Virus record (IMG/VR): IMGVR_UViG_3300044675_003079
Location: 1 to 53,580 of that record
Direction: 5' to 3' (one strand)
Origin: a virus
Lineage: Duplodnaviria > Caudoviricetes
Length of the DNA: 53,580 nt
The translations under genes were made by a program, and so were the position numbers. The notes under the pieces are model-generated. The model searched no databases. It saw only the letters and a list, made by a program, of their open reading frames with translations, and was not told the origin of the DNA. Positions 1 through 9,164 of the stretch are shown here, piece after piece (position 1 is the stretch's first letter; each line of letters begins with the position of its first letter).

Positions 1-399
1 ATGCGACATCGCGAACGCTACCCCGACGGCTTTGAACCAACCGAAGTGAAGCAACCGTCCTACTTGAAGGAGTGGGGCAAACTGCTCGGCAAGGCAATCG
101 CTGAAGACCTCGGGGAGACCGAAGAGCATCCACACGAAACGGTGAAGCGAATTAGCAAAACCGAAATCACCATCAACGGACGCACCGTGGTTCCGAAAAC
201 CGAAATCAGCATCCGAGGCGAGTCGGGACGGTTCACCTTCCACTACAGCCTCCGAGACGACGAGGTCTGTGTGTGGGGAGGGCAACCTCAATACGAGAAA
301 TGGCGCACCTTCAAAATTGACAGAGTGCGAACCGTCCACCGAAAGCCCAAACTGCGTAAGAACGCCGAAGGCACCGACGAGACGGAGGAGGAGTCATGA
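1..399 (+). CDS. hypothetical phage protein (may be 5'-truncated by the window edge)
   Basis: 132-aa ORF; stop overlaps the next start (ATGA); acidic tail. Confidence 0.6.
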   Translation: MRHRERYPDGFEPTEVKQPSYLKEWGKLLGKAIAEDLGETEEHPHETVKRISKTEITINGRTVVPKTEISIRGESGRFTFHYSLRDDEVCVWGGQPQYEKWRTFKIDRVRTVHRKPKLRKNAEGTDETEEES

Positions 400-605
400 G
401 CATTAGCCTTGATGAAATGCTGAAGGCAATCCACGAAGCATGGATGGACGTCAACGCCTCAAACGAAACGCTCGTGGCGCTCTGGGCAGAGTCCGATGGC
501 TACGGCGAGCAGGGCTACGTCCCTGAGCAGGGCTACGACTGGTCAGGCATCCGCGACTCAACCCCAGACGCGATTCGCGCCATGTGGAGAGTGCTCACCA
601 AGTGA
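396..605 (+). CDS. hypothetical protein
   Basis: GGAGGAG SD upstream; ATGA/GTGA coupling at both ends. Confidence 0.6.
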   Translation: MSISLDEMLKAIHEAWMDVNASNETLVALWAESDGYGEQGYVPEQGYDWSGIRDSTPDAIRAMWRVLTK

Positions 606-1276
606 CCGACGCAGGATGGCAACCCTCCCTATTCGCTACCGATGAAAGTGGGTACGAGGTTCGGGCGATTAGTGCGAAAGAAACCCACTGGTGGATGCTC
701 AACATCCACTACGCCCGACGCATCCCATCCATCACTTACGCATTCGGACTAATCAAAGACGGAGAACTGGTCGGGGTTGTCTCCTACGGAACACCAGCAT
801 CCAACACCCTGTGCAGAGGCATCTGTGGCGACGACTACGAAAAGACCGTCGTGGAACTTAACCGCTTAGTCCTTCGCGACAACCTGCCCAACGAGGCAAG
901 CCGTCTGGTCGGCAAGTCCCTCAAGATGCTCCCCACCCCACTCATCGTCGTTTCGTTCGCCGACACGAAGCAAGACCATCTCGGCATCGTTTATCAGGCG
1001 ACCAACTTCCTCTACACAGGGTTGAGTACCAAACGTAACGAATGGGCTGTCAAGGGGCTTGAGCACATTCACAGCAGAACCCTCAGCCACGGCAACACGC
1101 TGGAATCCATCAAAGAGAAGTACGGCGACGACTTCTACTACCGCGAGCGTTCTCGGAAGCACCGATACATCATCTTGCTCGGCAACAAGACCGAGAAGCG
1201 GAAAATGAGGTCTTTGCTTCGCTACGAGGTTCAGCCCTACCCGAAGGACGCGCCTGACAGCCCTGCTGTGGACTGA
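602..1276 (+). CDS. mom: Mom-family (GNAT-fold) DNA adenine-modification enzyme
   Basis: Motifs HY..R, VGVVSYG, ELNRL, NEASRLVGKSL, VSFAD..QDHLGIVYQATNFLYTG typical of phage Mu Mom homologues; likely GTG start at 602 overlapping the upstream stop (ORF track starts 584). Confidence 0.8.
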   Translation: MTDAGWQPSLFATDESGYEVRAISAKETHWWMLNIHYARRIPSITYAFGLIKDGELVGVVSYGTPASNTLCRGICGDDYEKTVVELNRLVLRDNLPNEASRLVGKSLKMLPTPLIVVSFADTKQDHLGIVYQATNFLYTGLSTKRNEWAVKGLEHIHSRTLSHGNTLESIKEKYGDDFYYRERSRKHRYIILLGNKTEKRKMRSLLRYEVQPYPKDAPDSPAVD

Positions 1277-1316
1277 GCGAAACCCGAACCATCGGTACTC
1301 AACCCTTCGCTACCAC

Positions 1317-1343
1317 ACTGGGGTTGAGCAGGTCGGCTACACT
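1317..1343 (+). promoter_or_regulatory. putative promoter with repeated ACTGGGGTTGAG element and -10 TACACT
   Basis: ACTGGGGTTGAG-N3-GTCGGC also occurs at 44298-44318; TACACT at 1338-1343 upstream of the SD and ATG 1369. Confidence 0.5.
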
Positions 1344-1368
1344 TCCAGCGAACCATAACGGAGGTGCA

Positions 1369-1533
1369 ATGGACGACCACGCAGAAGAAATAGAAATGTC
1401 TGTTCTGCTTGAGGGCGTCATTGAACTCCATGAGGTTTTCGTAACCCTGCGACAAGGTGGATTCACCGAAAACCAATCGTTGAAACTCATCGCAAACGTC
1501 CTAAGCAACAATGGTGGATTTCCAAATGGCTGA
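1369..1533 (+). CDS. hypothetical protein
   Basis: GGAGG SD 5' of ATG 1369. Confidence 0.55.
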   Translation: MDDHAEEIEMSVLLEGVIELHEVFVTLRQGGFTENQSLKLIANVLSNNGGFPNG

Positions 1534-1801
1534 CAACATTCCCGACCTCGGCAACCTTCTCTTGGTGCGTTGGCTTGACGCCCACAACTATCCAATCAAC
1601 TGGACGCTGATAGATGAAGTGGAACCCTACGTCGCTGAAGTAAAGTCAGTGGGTTGGGAAATCTATCGGGACGAAAAACAACTCGTTATGTCAGCAGACG
1701 TCGCTGAGGACATTGACGGCGAAACACAAATCAACGCGTTCTTTGCTATCCCCGTTGGATGCATCGTGAGCGAGGAAATATTGAGGCACAACAATGGCTG
1801 A
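1526..1801 (+). CDS. hypothetical phage protein
   Basis: LVRWLDAH...SVGW...IPVGCIV pattern common in small phage proteins; overlaps both neighbours. Confidence 0.65.
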   Translation: MADNIPDLGNLLLVRWLDAHNYPINWTLIDEVEPYVAEVKSVGWEIYRDEKQLVMSADVAEDIDGETQINAFFAIPVGCIVSEEILRHNNG

Positions 1802-3275
1802 GTATTCAGACCTACAAGAAATCGGTACATCAGGACTGCAACGCGTCGGTGGCTTTGTCATTGACGACTTTGTTGGCGACCTGCGTGGGCTTCGCGGCGC
1901 TAAAGTTTGGCGCGAAATGGCAGACAACGACCCTGTGGTCGGTGCGATGCTGTTCGCCATTGAGCGACTCATCCTGCAAATTGACTGGCGCATGGAGCCA
2001 TTCAAAGAGAACGCTGACGCGATGGTTAAAGACAAAGACCAAGAAGTCGCTGACTTTGTTGAAGAATGCATGAACGACATGAGCGAGTCGTGGGACGCAA
2101 CTCTGTCAGCGATTATGTCGTTCCTCACCTACGGTTACGCCTACTGCGAAATCGTCTACAAGAAACGCGTCACCCCAGACACAACCGACCCAACCAAGCG
2201 TTCTAACTACTCAGACGGCAAAGTCGGCTGGCGAAAACTTGCTCTCCGCGCCCAAGAAACAACATGGCAGTGGATATTTGACGAAGACGGTGGCATCAAA
2301 GGACTAGAGCAAATGGACGCGTCCGCTTCCAGCCACGGCGTTGTGATGATTCCAATTGAAAAGGCGCTCTTGTTCCGCACCTCAACTGCTCGCAACAACC
2401 CCGAAGGACGCTCACTGCTTCGCAACGCGTACCGCCCGTGGAAGTTCAAGAAAACGATTGAGGAAATTGAAGCCGTCGGTATTGAACGCGACCTCGCTGG
2501 ACTTCCCATCGCTTACGTCCCACCACAGTTGCTTTCATCTAACGCCACACCAGCAGAGGCTTCGGCGCGCGCAGGCATTGAACGTCTCATCCGTGGCATC
2601 AAACGAAACGAGAACGAAGGCATCGTGTTCCCACTTGCCTACGATGACCAAGGGCGGGAAATCTACAAACTGTCGTTGTTGTCCTCGGGCGGTTCACGCG
2701 CCTTTGACACCGACAAGATTGTGCAACGCTACGACCAGCGCATCACGATGACTGTCCTTGCTGACTTCATCCTGTTGGGGCATGAGAAGGTTGGCTCGTT
2801 TGCTTTGGGTTCCACAAAGGTTGACTTGTTCACCACAGCAATCGCACAAATCGCCCAATCCATCTGCGACGTTTTCAACCAGCACGCCATCCCTCGTTTG
2901 ATGAAGATGAACGGCATGGACGTGGCGCGCCGTCCGAAGTTGTCCTTCGGTGACATTCACCAAATCAACATCGCTGAACTTGCCGACTTCATTCAGAAGG
3001 CATCAGGCTCGGGCGCTCTTGTTGTGGATGAGGGACTGGACGAATACTTGCGTACCATTTCAGGCTTGCCTCCAAAGGTGGAGTCCGAAGAGGGAGTTGC
3101 CAATAACCCGAATGTTGCCCCTCCTCCTGCCCCTCAAGGTCAACCTCAGCCAGCACCAGTCGCCCCGTCAAGCGCCAAGACACCCCAAGAGGCGCCTGCA
3201 CAGCCAACCGACAAGTCACCAGCGCCTGAAGCCCAACCAGCGCCATCACAGGCTGAACCAGCAAAGACGAAGTAA
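1794..3275 (+). CDS. portal protein (DUF935/Mu gp29-like)
   Basis: 493 aa; NPEGRSLLRNAY..W..K, GIERDLAGLP, GSFALG motifs; Pro/Gln-rich C-tail; precedes the MuF gene. Confidence 0.88.
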   Translation: MAEYSDLQEIGTSGLQRVGGFVIDDFVGDLRGLRGAKVWREMADNDPVVGAMLFAIERLILQIDWRMEPFKENADAMVKDKDQEVADFVEECMNDMSESWDATLSAIMSFLTYGYAYCEIVYKKRVTPDTTDPTKRSNYSDGKVGWRKLALRAQETTWQWIFDEDGGIKGLEQMDASASSHGVVMIPIEKALLFRTSTARNNPEGRSLLRNAYRPWKFKKTIEEIEAVGIERDLAGLPIAYVPPQLLSSNATPAEASARAGIERLIRGIKRNENEGIVFPLAYDDQGREIYKLSLLSSGGSRAFDTDKIVQRYDQRITMTVLADFILLGHEKVGSFALGSTKVDLFTTAIAQIAQSICDVFNQHAIPRLMKMNGMDVARRPKLSFGDIHQINIAELADFIQKASGSGALVVDEGLDEYLRTISGLPPKVESEEGVANNPNVAPPPAPQGQPQPAPVAPSSAKTPQEAPAQPTDKSPAPEAQPAPSQAEPAKTK

Positions 3276-4255
3276 TGCCGTTTATACGCCGTTCGTCCCA
3301 GCCGGCGAAGCGCTCAACGGTCGCTAAAGCAGGTGAGTTGTCCTCAGTGGAGCAGGCTGTCGCGCGCGCGTACGCAGAGGCTGTTCGCCAGTTCCGTGAA
3401 GGAATTAACACGGCACGCGTCGCTGACGCCATCCGTCAGTCCGTTAACGCAAGCCTGAATGCCTTACCGACTGGTTCCATCATCGGTGACCTCCGACCAA
3501 TCGTTGACGCTTTGGTAAAAGAAATAATCAAAGCAGGACGCGCAGAAGCAGGAGCCAGCGCAGGTTTCAAGTTGCGTTTCAACGAGGCTGACCCTCGCGC
3601 CACTCAATGGGCGATGGAACGCGCAGGGCAACTTGTCAAAGGCGTGTCCGACGAGGTTGAGGACTTAATCAACGACGTCGTGACTCAGGCTGTTGACGGA
3701 AAGATAAGCGTCCGCGAAGCCCAACGTCGCCTTCAACGGACAGTTGGTTTGCATCCTCGCTGGCAACAAGCAGTCAACAACACCCACTCGCGTCTTGTGA
3801 AGGGGTTTATCGCTTCGGGGCTTTCCGAAGAGGACGCACAGGCACAGGCTCAACAAGCGTCGCAGAAATACCAAGACCGACTTGTTCGGGCGCGTTCAAA
3901 GAACATTGCACGCACCGAAATCGCTACAGCGCAGAACGAAGGACGATGGGTCGCTTGGCAACAAGCCGATGACGCAGGGCTGGTCAAACTCAACGACTCA
4001 GTAAAAGAGTGGCGCACAGCACCCGAGTTTGTTTCATCAAAGACAGTTGTCTGCACCATCTGCGCACCTCTTGATGGCAAACGCATACCAGTCAGCGAGA
4101 ACTTTCAGACAGGGTTACGCGCCCATCCTGACGGTATCAAAATGCCACCAGCGCATCCGTCTTGCCGTTGCAGGGCTGTCCTTGTCACTAAATCGTTTGC
4201 AGAGATTGAGGCTCAGGTTCTTGAAGCCCGACGTCAGGAAGCACAAAGGACGTGA
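3275..4255 (+). CDS. MuF/gpF-like head morphogenesis (minor head) protein
   Basis: IARTE...A.N.G, KEW, C.IC..LDG, PPAHPSCRC motifs; directly after portal. Confidence 0.9.
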   Translation: MPFIRRSSQPAKRSTVAKAGELSSVEQAVARAYAEAVRQFREGINTARVADAIRQSVNASLNALPTGSIIGDLRPIVDALVKEIIKAGRAEAGASAGFKLRFNEADPRATQWAMERAGQLVKGVSDEVEDLINDVVTQAVDGKISVREAQRRLQRTVGLHPRWQQAVNNTHSRLVKGFIASGLSEEDAQAQAQQASQKYQDRLVRARSKNIARTEIATAQNEGRWVAWQQADDAGLVKLNDSVKEWRTAPEFVSSKTVVCTICAPLDGKRIPVSENFQTGLRAHPDGIKMPPAHPSCRCRAVLVTKSFAEIEAQVLEARRQEAQRT

Positions 4256-4309
4256 ACAGGACTTCATTGACGTTGAGTCAAGGTTTAGGATTGCTGGCAG
4301 GAGAACGCA

Positions 4310-4570
4310 ATGGCTGACAAACTAATCGCTGAAACACCAGAGGGTGACAAGTTGTACCAAGTGGGCGCTACAAGCGACTCTTCCATTATTGGCATCCCTC
4401 CAGTCCCTCAATCTCCTCTTGGGTTACCTGCCGAACCGACCGTGTTCGCTTATGGGTATGTCAAGTACGCCGACGGACGCACCTACAACGTTGACTACAT
4501 TCAGTCGTTCCTCAGTCGTGGCATCTTTGAACAAGTCGCCGAACTTGACCTCACAGTCACGGACAAGTGA
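4310..4570 (+). CDS. hypothetical protein at the start of the effector block
   Basis: AGGAG SD; 86 aa, acidic. Confidence 0.6.
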   Translation: MADKLIAETPEGDKLYQVGATSDSSIIGIPPVPQSPLGLPAEPTVFAYGYVKYADGRTYNVDYIQSFLSRGIFEQVAELDLTVTDK

Positions 4571-4573
4571 CTC

Positions 4574-7500
4574 ATGCCGTATTCCATCACACGAGGTAAA
4601 GGTTGCTCACCGTCTAAGCCGTGGGGCGTCGTAAAAGACTCCGATGGCACCGTGGTCGCCTGTCATGCGACAAAAGAAAGCGCCCTCGCGCAAATACGCG
4701 CCCTCTACAAGGTTGAACCAGCCCTTGCCAAAGCACGCGAACGCGTAGCAAAGCACCCGGGACACGCAGACCAGAAATCCCACGGTGGCAAGGGAACTCC
4801 TGCGCCCTCATCACCTGCTCGTCAAAAGAAAATGACTGGTCATTGGGGACACTCACGCACAGGCTCCACCAGCATCGCGACGGCTTCAAGAGACATGATG
4901 GGCATCCAATCAAGAGTTGATGTGGCTAGTAGAGGCTTGTCAGACACTGATTATAAGCAAGCACAAATCGCTCTGGACAACATAAGCAGTCGCCCTGCGA
5001 TGGTGACCGTTCCTTTGACGCACACCACTTCACGAATGCCAGAACTGGAAAAAGCGCAAACTGGCGATGTTATTCAACTTGGATTGACTGCAACGGCAAC
5101 ACAAGAGCGAGGCTCATACGGTCAAGGGTACGCCGAAGACCACATCAAGGAAATGCAGGTTCTTGTTTTCACAGGAACCAAACCAACCCACCTTTACTCG
5201 GGACGACGCAGTGCACCAGAGGAAGCAATTGTGGCTGGCGAGTTCAGGGTTGTCGGCAAAAAGACGGTTGATGTTCCTCGCACCACATTCAGAAATGGTG
5301 TGTATGAACCGTGGACGTCAAAAGCGACAGTTGTAGAACTTGAGCAGGTTTCAACCTTTGACACATCAACTAAAGCGTTTGTTCCTTTCAGTCAGCCAGT
5401 CGCCAAGCATCTCCCTCATCAGCACGACCAGCAGAAACACGGTACTGGCGGAACAAGCGCACCTGATTCTGCACCGAAGAAACGCAACAAGAAAGACATC
5501 GCCGGCGACGACCAACGCGCCTCTGAACTGTACGCGTCAGGTAAAACATGGGATGAGGTTGCTACCGAAATGGGCTACGCCAACGGTGGTGTCGCTCGGC
5601 GCGCCGGCAAACGCCATGAGGAACGCCAGAAGGACAAGCCGACTGACGATGGGGCTACAAAACCTAAGACCGAAGATGTGACGCCACCAACGCCAGTCAT
5701 CACCCCACCAGTCACGCCGACACCTCTGCCTGTTGACATTGTTAACCCACGCCCGATGACAGGTGAAGACCGAAGCCAGCAAACAGTCCCGACGGATGAC
5801 ATCAACGTTGCGCGCGAAACAGGACGCCCATACGCGCCGTTCACTGAGGAAGGACACTCACCAGAAGTTCGTAAAGCACAGGACAATTTACGCCAAGCAC
5901 AAAAAGACGCTGAAGACCACTATGAGCAACACTTCGGTGAAGAGTCACGTCGTCGCTCTGCTATTCACAAAGAAAAAGCAGAACAACATCAAAAGGCTGA
6001 AAAAGAATGGGAAGCACAAAATCCTCGTGCAAAGGGAGAGGATTATTATCCTTATTGGGAAAGAAGAGATAAAGCCCTCGCTGAAAGAGGACTGGTAAAA
6101 CCCAAAGACAACTCTGGTATTGACGCCATCATCAAAGACGGTCTTGTTGACAAAGTGTATGGCGAAACACAGTCTGCGCTTCACAAGAAAGCAGGTGACC
6201 AATGGGATGTTGTGCGACGGACAGTTCAAGTAGACACAGCCGAACACATACTTGGTGTCAAATCAGTGATGCGCCCACGCATGGAACCAGACTGGGACAC
6301 GCCAAGAACTGCTGAAAACCCACGCCCAATGAAGCAAGCCACCGAAGCCGACTATGACGCGCCCCATGTGCCGGGTGTTGGTTACCCACGAAAACCAGCG
6401 TTTGATTTAGTTTATGAACTTCCAGACGGCAAAGTTGTAAACCATCAAGAGTTGTTTCGTAACAGCGACTTTGACAGCCCTGACATTCAAATCATTAAAA
6501 AAACGGCTGAAAGTCGCTTAGCCAAAATCAGTCAAATCAACACTCGTCAACGCGCCATTGACGGCGATGGAGACGGCAAATTCAACGAAGCAATGAAAAC
6601 ACAACTGAGTCGGCAACAGGCAATTGTTGACAGTCCCAACACAAGAATTGTTATTCACGCACCCGTTTCTGCTGTCGGTGGAATTGTGACTTCTGGTCGG
6701 TTTAAGTCTCAACACGAAACTGGTCGTTCTAAAGGCTATAAAGGCAAAGAAGTCCGTGAGGGTTTTGAAGCGTCGTCAATGGGAACCGTGTTAGGAGACG
6801 ACAAAACAAAAGCACCTATCTATGGCGCTGTCCACGTTGGTGGCGTTCAAGACCCACACGCCTTTTCTTTAGGTCAATATGGTGACGTTGGGTTTGTTCT
6901 TCGTCGCGACACACATGAACGCGCCATGTTCACAGACGGTGACTCACTAAACCTTTGTTATGAAGCGTCACCGATGACTGGAGTACAGACACGGTTTAAC
7001 GGTCATAGCGTTAACGGAGGTGTGGACGCTGTGTCTTCATGGAGACGCCAAGACGATGCAACTTTCCCAGAGAGCCTCCAAAAGAAACCCAAAGCCATAG
7101 CAGGTGGTTATCGCGAAGCACAGGTTCTTGGAGGTGTCAACCTTGCCGACATTGAGTATGTGACCGTTCCTGCTGGCACAAAGTTCCCCGCGGCGTCAAG
7201 ACGCAAACTGGAGAAGGCTGGCATTCCAGTCATTGAGTATGACCGAGGCGCGTTTACTCCGTTGAAGGGAGTTGACGATGTCGGTGAACTTCAATTCACA
7301 CCAGCCAAAGAAGGAGGCATATGGACTCCTCTTCCCGAACCAACCGCGAAGCGCATCGGTGTTGTGGTGGACATTTTCAAGCACCTCGCCGGCAAACACG
7401 ACCAGCGTTCCCACTCAGGCAAATCCTCCAGCCACGGTGGGTATCAACTGAACGAACCAAAGAACCCTCAAGCACCAGCAGGGAAATACGGTGAGGACTC

Positions 7501-8149
7501 CGTTCAAGCCGCGAAAGCAGAACGCACACGCATCGCCGAGATTGAACCAGCGATGACTCGCGAGATGATTGACATCGCCAACACACATGGGGCAAAGATG
7601 GAGGGGCTTGACCACCGTCTAAAGTCCGACGAGTCCCTTGCGCGAAAGGTAGACGCCGAGAAGGACACTGACTTCGGTGGCGACGCCACCAAAACAGCAC
7701 AATCCATGTCTGACGTTGTTCGCTACACAATGACCTACCCCGAAGCGGAGTACGCAGGAAACGTGCAAGCCACCATTACCGACATGGAAGCGCGAGGCTA
7801 CAAAGCACGCGTAAAGAACTATTGGGAAATGGACGACCCTTATCAAGGCATCAACGTTGCTTTGACTCACCCTTCTGGTATCAAAGTAGAGTTGCAGTTC
7901 CACACCCCACGTTCGGTCAAGGTGAAGGAAACAGTCCACGGTTTGCTGGACAAGTTCCGAGCCGAACCCAATGCGCGCACTCGGTTTGGGTTGTGGGACA
8001 GAATGGTGCGTGTCTCCAATCAGATACCTGTGCCACCACCGCCTGAGCAACTCCTCAGCATCGGCGACCTGAAGAGTCAAACGTTCAAAATGCGTGAAAT
8101 GCGTGAAATGGTAAAGCAATTGATGCAGGAGATTAACAATGGCGTCTGA
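4574..8149 (+). CDS. 1191-aa polyvalent protein: leader, tag, ART-like domain, tag, HTH/linker/DUF3626-like domain, tag, RelA/SpoT (Apk/Tas1-like) synthetase
   Basis: Three KH..Q..H tags (K60, K278, K936); RFKSQHETG/PIYGA/YREAQVLGGV motifs; RLKS..SLARK/DVVRYT/YQGIN/ELQFHT motifs. Confidence 0.8.
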   Translation: MPYSITRGKGCSPSKPWGVVKDSDGTVVACHATKESALAQIRALYKVEPALAKARERVAKHPGHADQKSHGGKGTPAPSSPARQKKMTGHWGHSRTGSTSIATASRDMMGIQSRVDVASRGLSDTDYKQAQIALDNISSRPAMVTVPLTHTTSRMPELEKAQTGDVIQLGLTATATQERGSYGQGYAEDHIKEMQVLVFTGTKPTHLYSGRRSAPEEAIVAGEFRVVGKKTVDVPRTTFRNGVYEPWTSKATVVELEQVSTFDTSTKAFVPFSQPVAKHLPHQHDQQKHGTGGTSAPDSAPKKRNKKDIAGDDQRASELYASGKTWDEVATEMGYANGGVARRAGKRHEERQKDKPTDDGATKPKTEDVTPPTPVITPPVTPTPLPVDIVNPRPMTGEDRSQQTVPTDDINVARETGRPYAPFTEEGHSPEVRKAQDNLRQAQKDAEDHYEQHFGEESRRRSAIHKEKAEQHQKAEKEWEAQNPRAKGEDYYPYWERRDKALAERGLVKPKDNSGIDAIIKDGLVDKVYGETQSALHKKAGDQWDVVRRTVQVDTAEHILGVKSVMRPRMEPDWDTPRTAENPRPMKQATEADYDAPHVPGVGYPRKPAFDLVYELPDGKVVNHQELFRNSDFDSPDIQIIKKTAESRLAKISQINTRQRAIDGDGDGKFNEAMKTQLSRQQAIVDSPNTRIVIHAPVSAVGGIVTSGRFKSQHETGRSKGYKGKEVREGFEASSMGTVLGDDKTKAPIYGAVHVGGVQDPHAFSLGQYGDVGFVLRRDTHERAMFTDGDSLNLCYEASPMTGVQTRFNGHSVNGGVDAVSSWRRQDDATFPESLQKKPKAIAGGYREAQVLGGVNLADIEYVTVPAGTKFPAASRRKLEKAGIPVIEYDRGAFTPLKGVDDVGELQFTPAKEGGIWTPLPEPTAKRIGVVVDIFKHLAGKHDQRSHSGKSSSHGGYQLNEPKNPQAPAGKYGEDSVQAAKAERTRIAEIEPAMTREMIDIANTHGAKMEGLDHRLKSDESLARKVDAEKDTDFGGDATKTAQSMSDVVRYTMTYPEAEYAGNVQATITDMEARGYKARVKNYWEMDDPYQGINVALTHPSGIKVELQFHTPRSVKVKETVHGLLDKFRAEPNARTRFGLWDRMVRVSNQIPVPPPPEQLLSIGDLKSQTFKMREMREMVKQLMQEINNGV

Positions 8150-9164
8150 CCTGACAACTGGTGTGTTCTTCTACCTTCGTGTGCTAGATGAAAAGCCTCT
8201 GGCTTTGTTCCGTTTGGATGTGGACACCGACAGGAAAGAAATCAACGAGACCGTCTGGGATGGTTCCAGTTGGCAAGAAACCAATCGCCTGACGATGTAC
8301 ATCGGTTACGGCTCTACCGAGGTTGAGCAGGTACTAGAACGCGACGCCACACTCGCTTTCCCCGACGCATTCAGAGACAAAGCACCAAACTTCAAGCGCA
8401 TCATCCCGAGCGTCATGTCAAAGCATCTACAGCATGACCAAAAGACCCACGGACGTGGCGGTGGACGCGCCTCAACTCTAAATCCAGACAATCACCTCAG
8501 CGCCCCATTCGGTGCGCAAATAGGAGATGATGGAATTTTCGTGGTTGATGAGGACGGAATGGTTGGTTTCCTTGAAGAGCAAACTTCTGCTTATGAAAAC
8601 GTCACAAAAGCCGAAGGGGAGTCTGTAATCGCTTATCAATCCGCAATGTATTACGAACAAATAAATGGTGGTTTACGTCAGGAAATGGCAATGGGTGAAA
8701 CCGATATGCTTGATGATGAAACACGGAAAATCATTGATGACGTTGACTTTGCGATTGATAAAAGTGGATTTAGTGAAGACATTGTTGTTTTCAGAGGTCT
8801 AGATGACGAACAAGGAATGATTTACGACATGAAAGTTGGCGACTCTTTCACCGATGCTGGATTTCAATCAACAACTCTTAATCCTATTGTGGCTACTTCT
8901 TTTGCTATGGGGGATAACTTTTCAGGTAACCCTGTTATCCTGCGCATTAAAGTTCCTGCTGAAAGCCCTGCCCTTGCGGCAGACATGGCGAGCAACCGAG
9001 CAGTCGGACAAAAGTTACAACCCAATTCTGAGGACGCGTCTATGGTTGGGTTTAGCATTGGAGCAGAAGTGATATTGCCTCGCATGACGATGTACGAAGT
9101 TACAGGCACATCAATTGTTGATGGTGTGTCGCTTCTTGATGTGACGGTGGTGCGCAATGATTGA
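8139..9164 (+). CDS. putative immunity-like N-domain + tag + VIP2/C3-type ADP-ribosyltransferase
   Basis: Y..IN..LR, VFRG, GDSFTDAGFQSTT, VILRIKVP, AEVILPR motifs of the ADPrib_exo_Tox/VIP2 fold. Confidence 0.8.
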   Translation: MASDLTTGVFFYLRVLDEKPLALFRLDVDTDRKEINETVWDGSSWQETNRLTMYIGYGSTEVEQVLERDATLAFPDAFRDKAPNFKRIIPSVMSKHLQHDQKTHGRGGGRASTLNPDNHLSAPFGAQIGDDGIFVVDEDGMVGFLEEQTSAYENVTKAEGESVIAYQSAMYYEQINGGLRQEMAMGETDMLDDETRKIIDDVDFAIDKSGFSEDIVVFRGLDDEQGMIYDMKVGDSFTDAGFQSTTLNPIVATSFAMGDNFSGNPVILRIKVPAESPALAADMASNRAVGQKLQPNSEDASMVGFSIGAEVILPRMTMYEVTGTSIVDGVSLLDVTVVRND

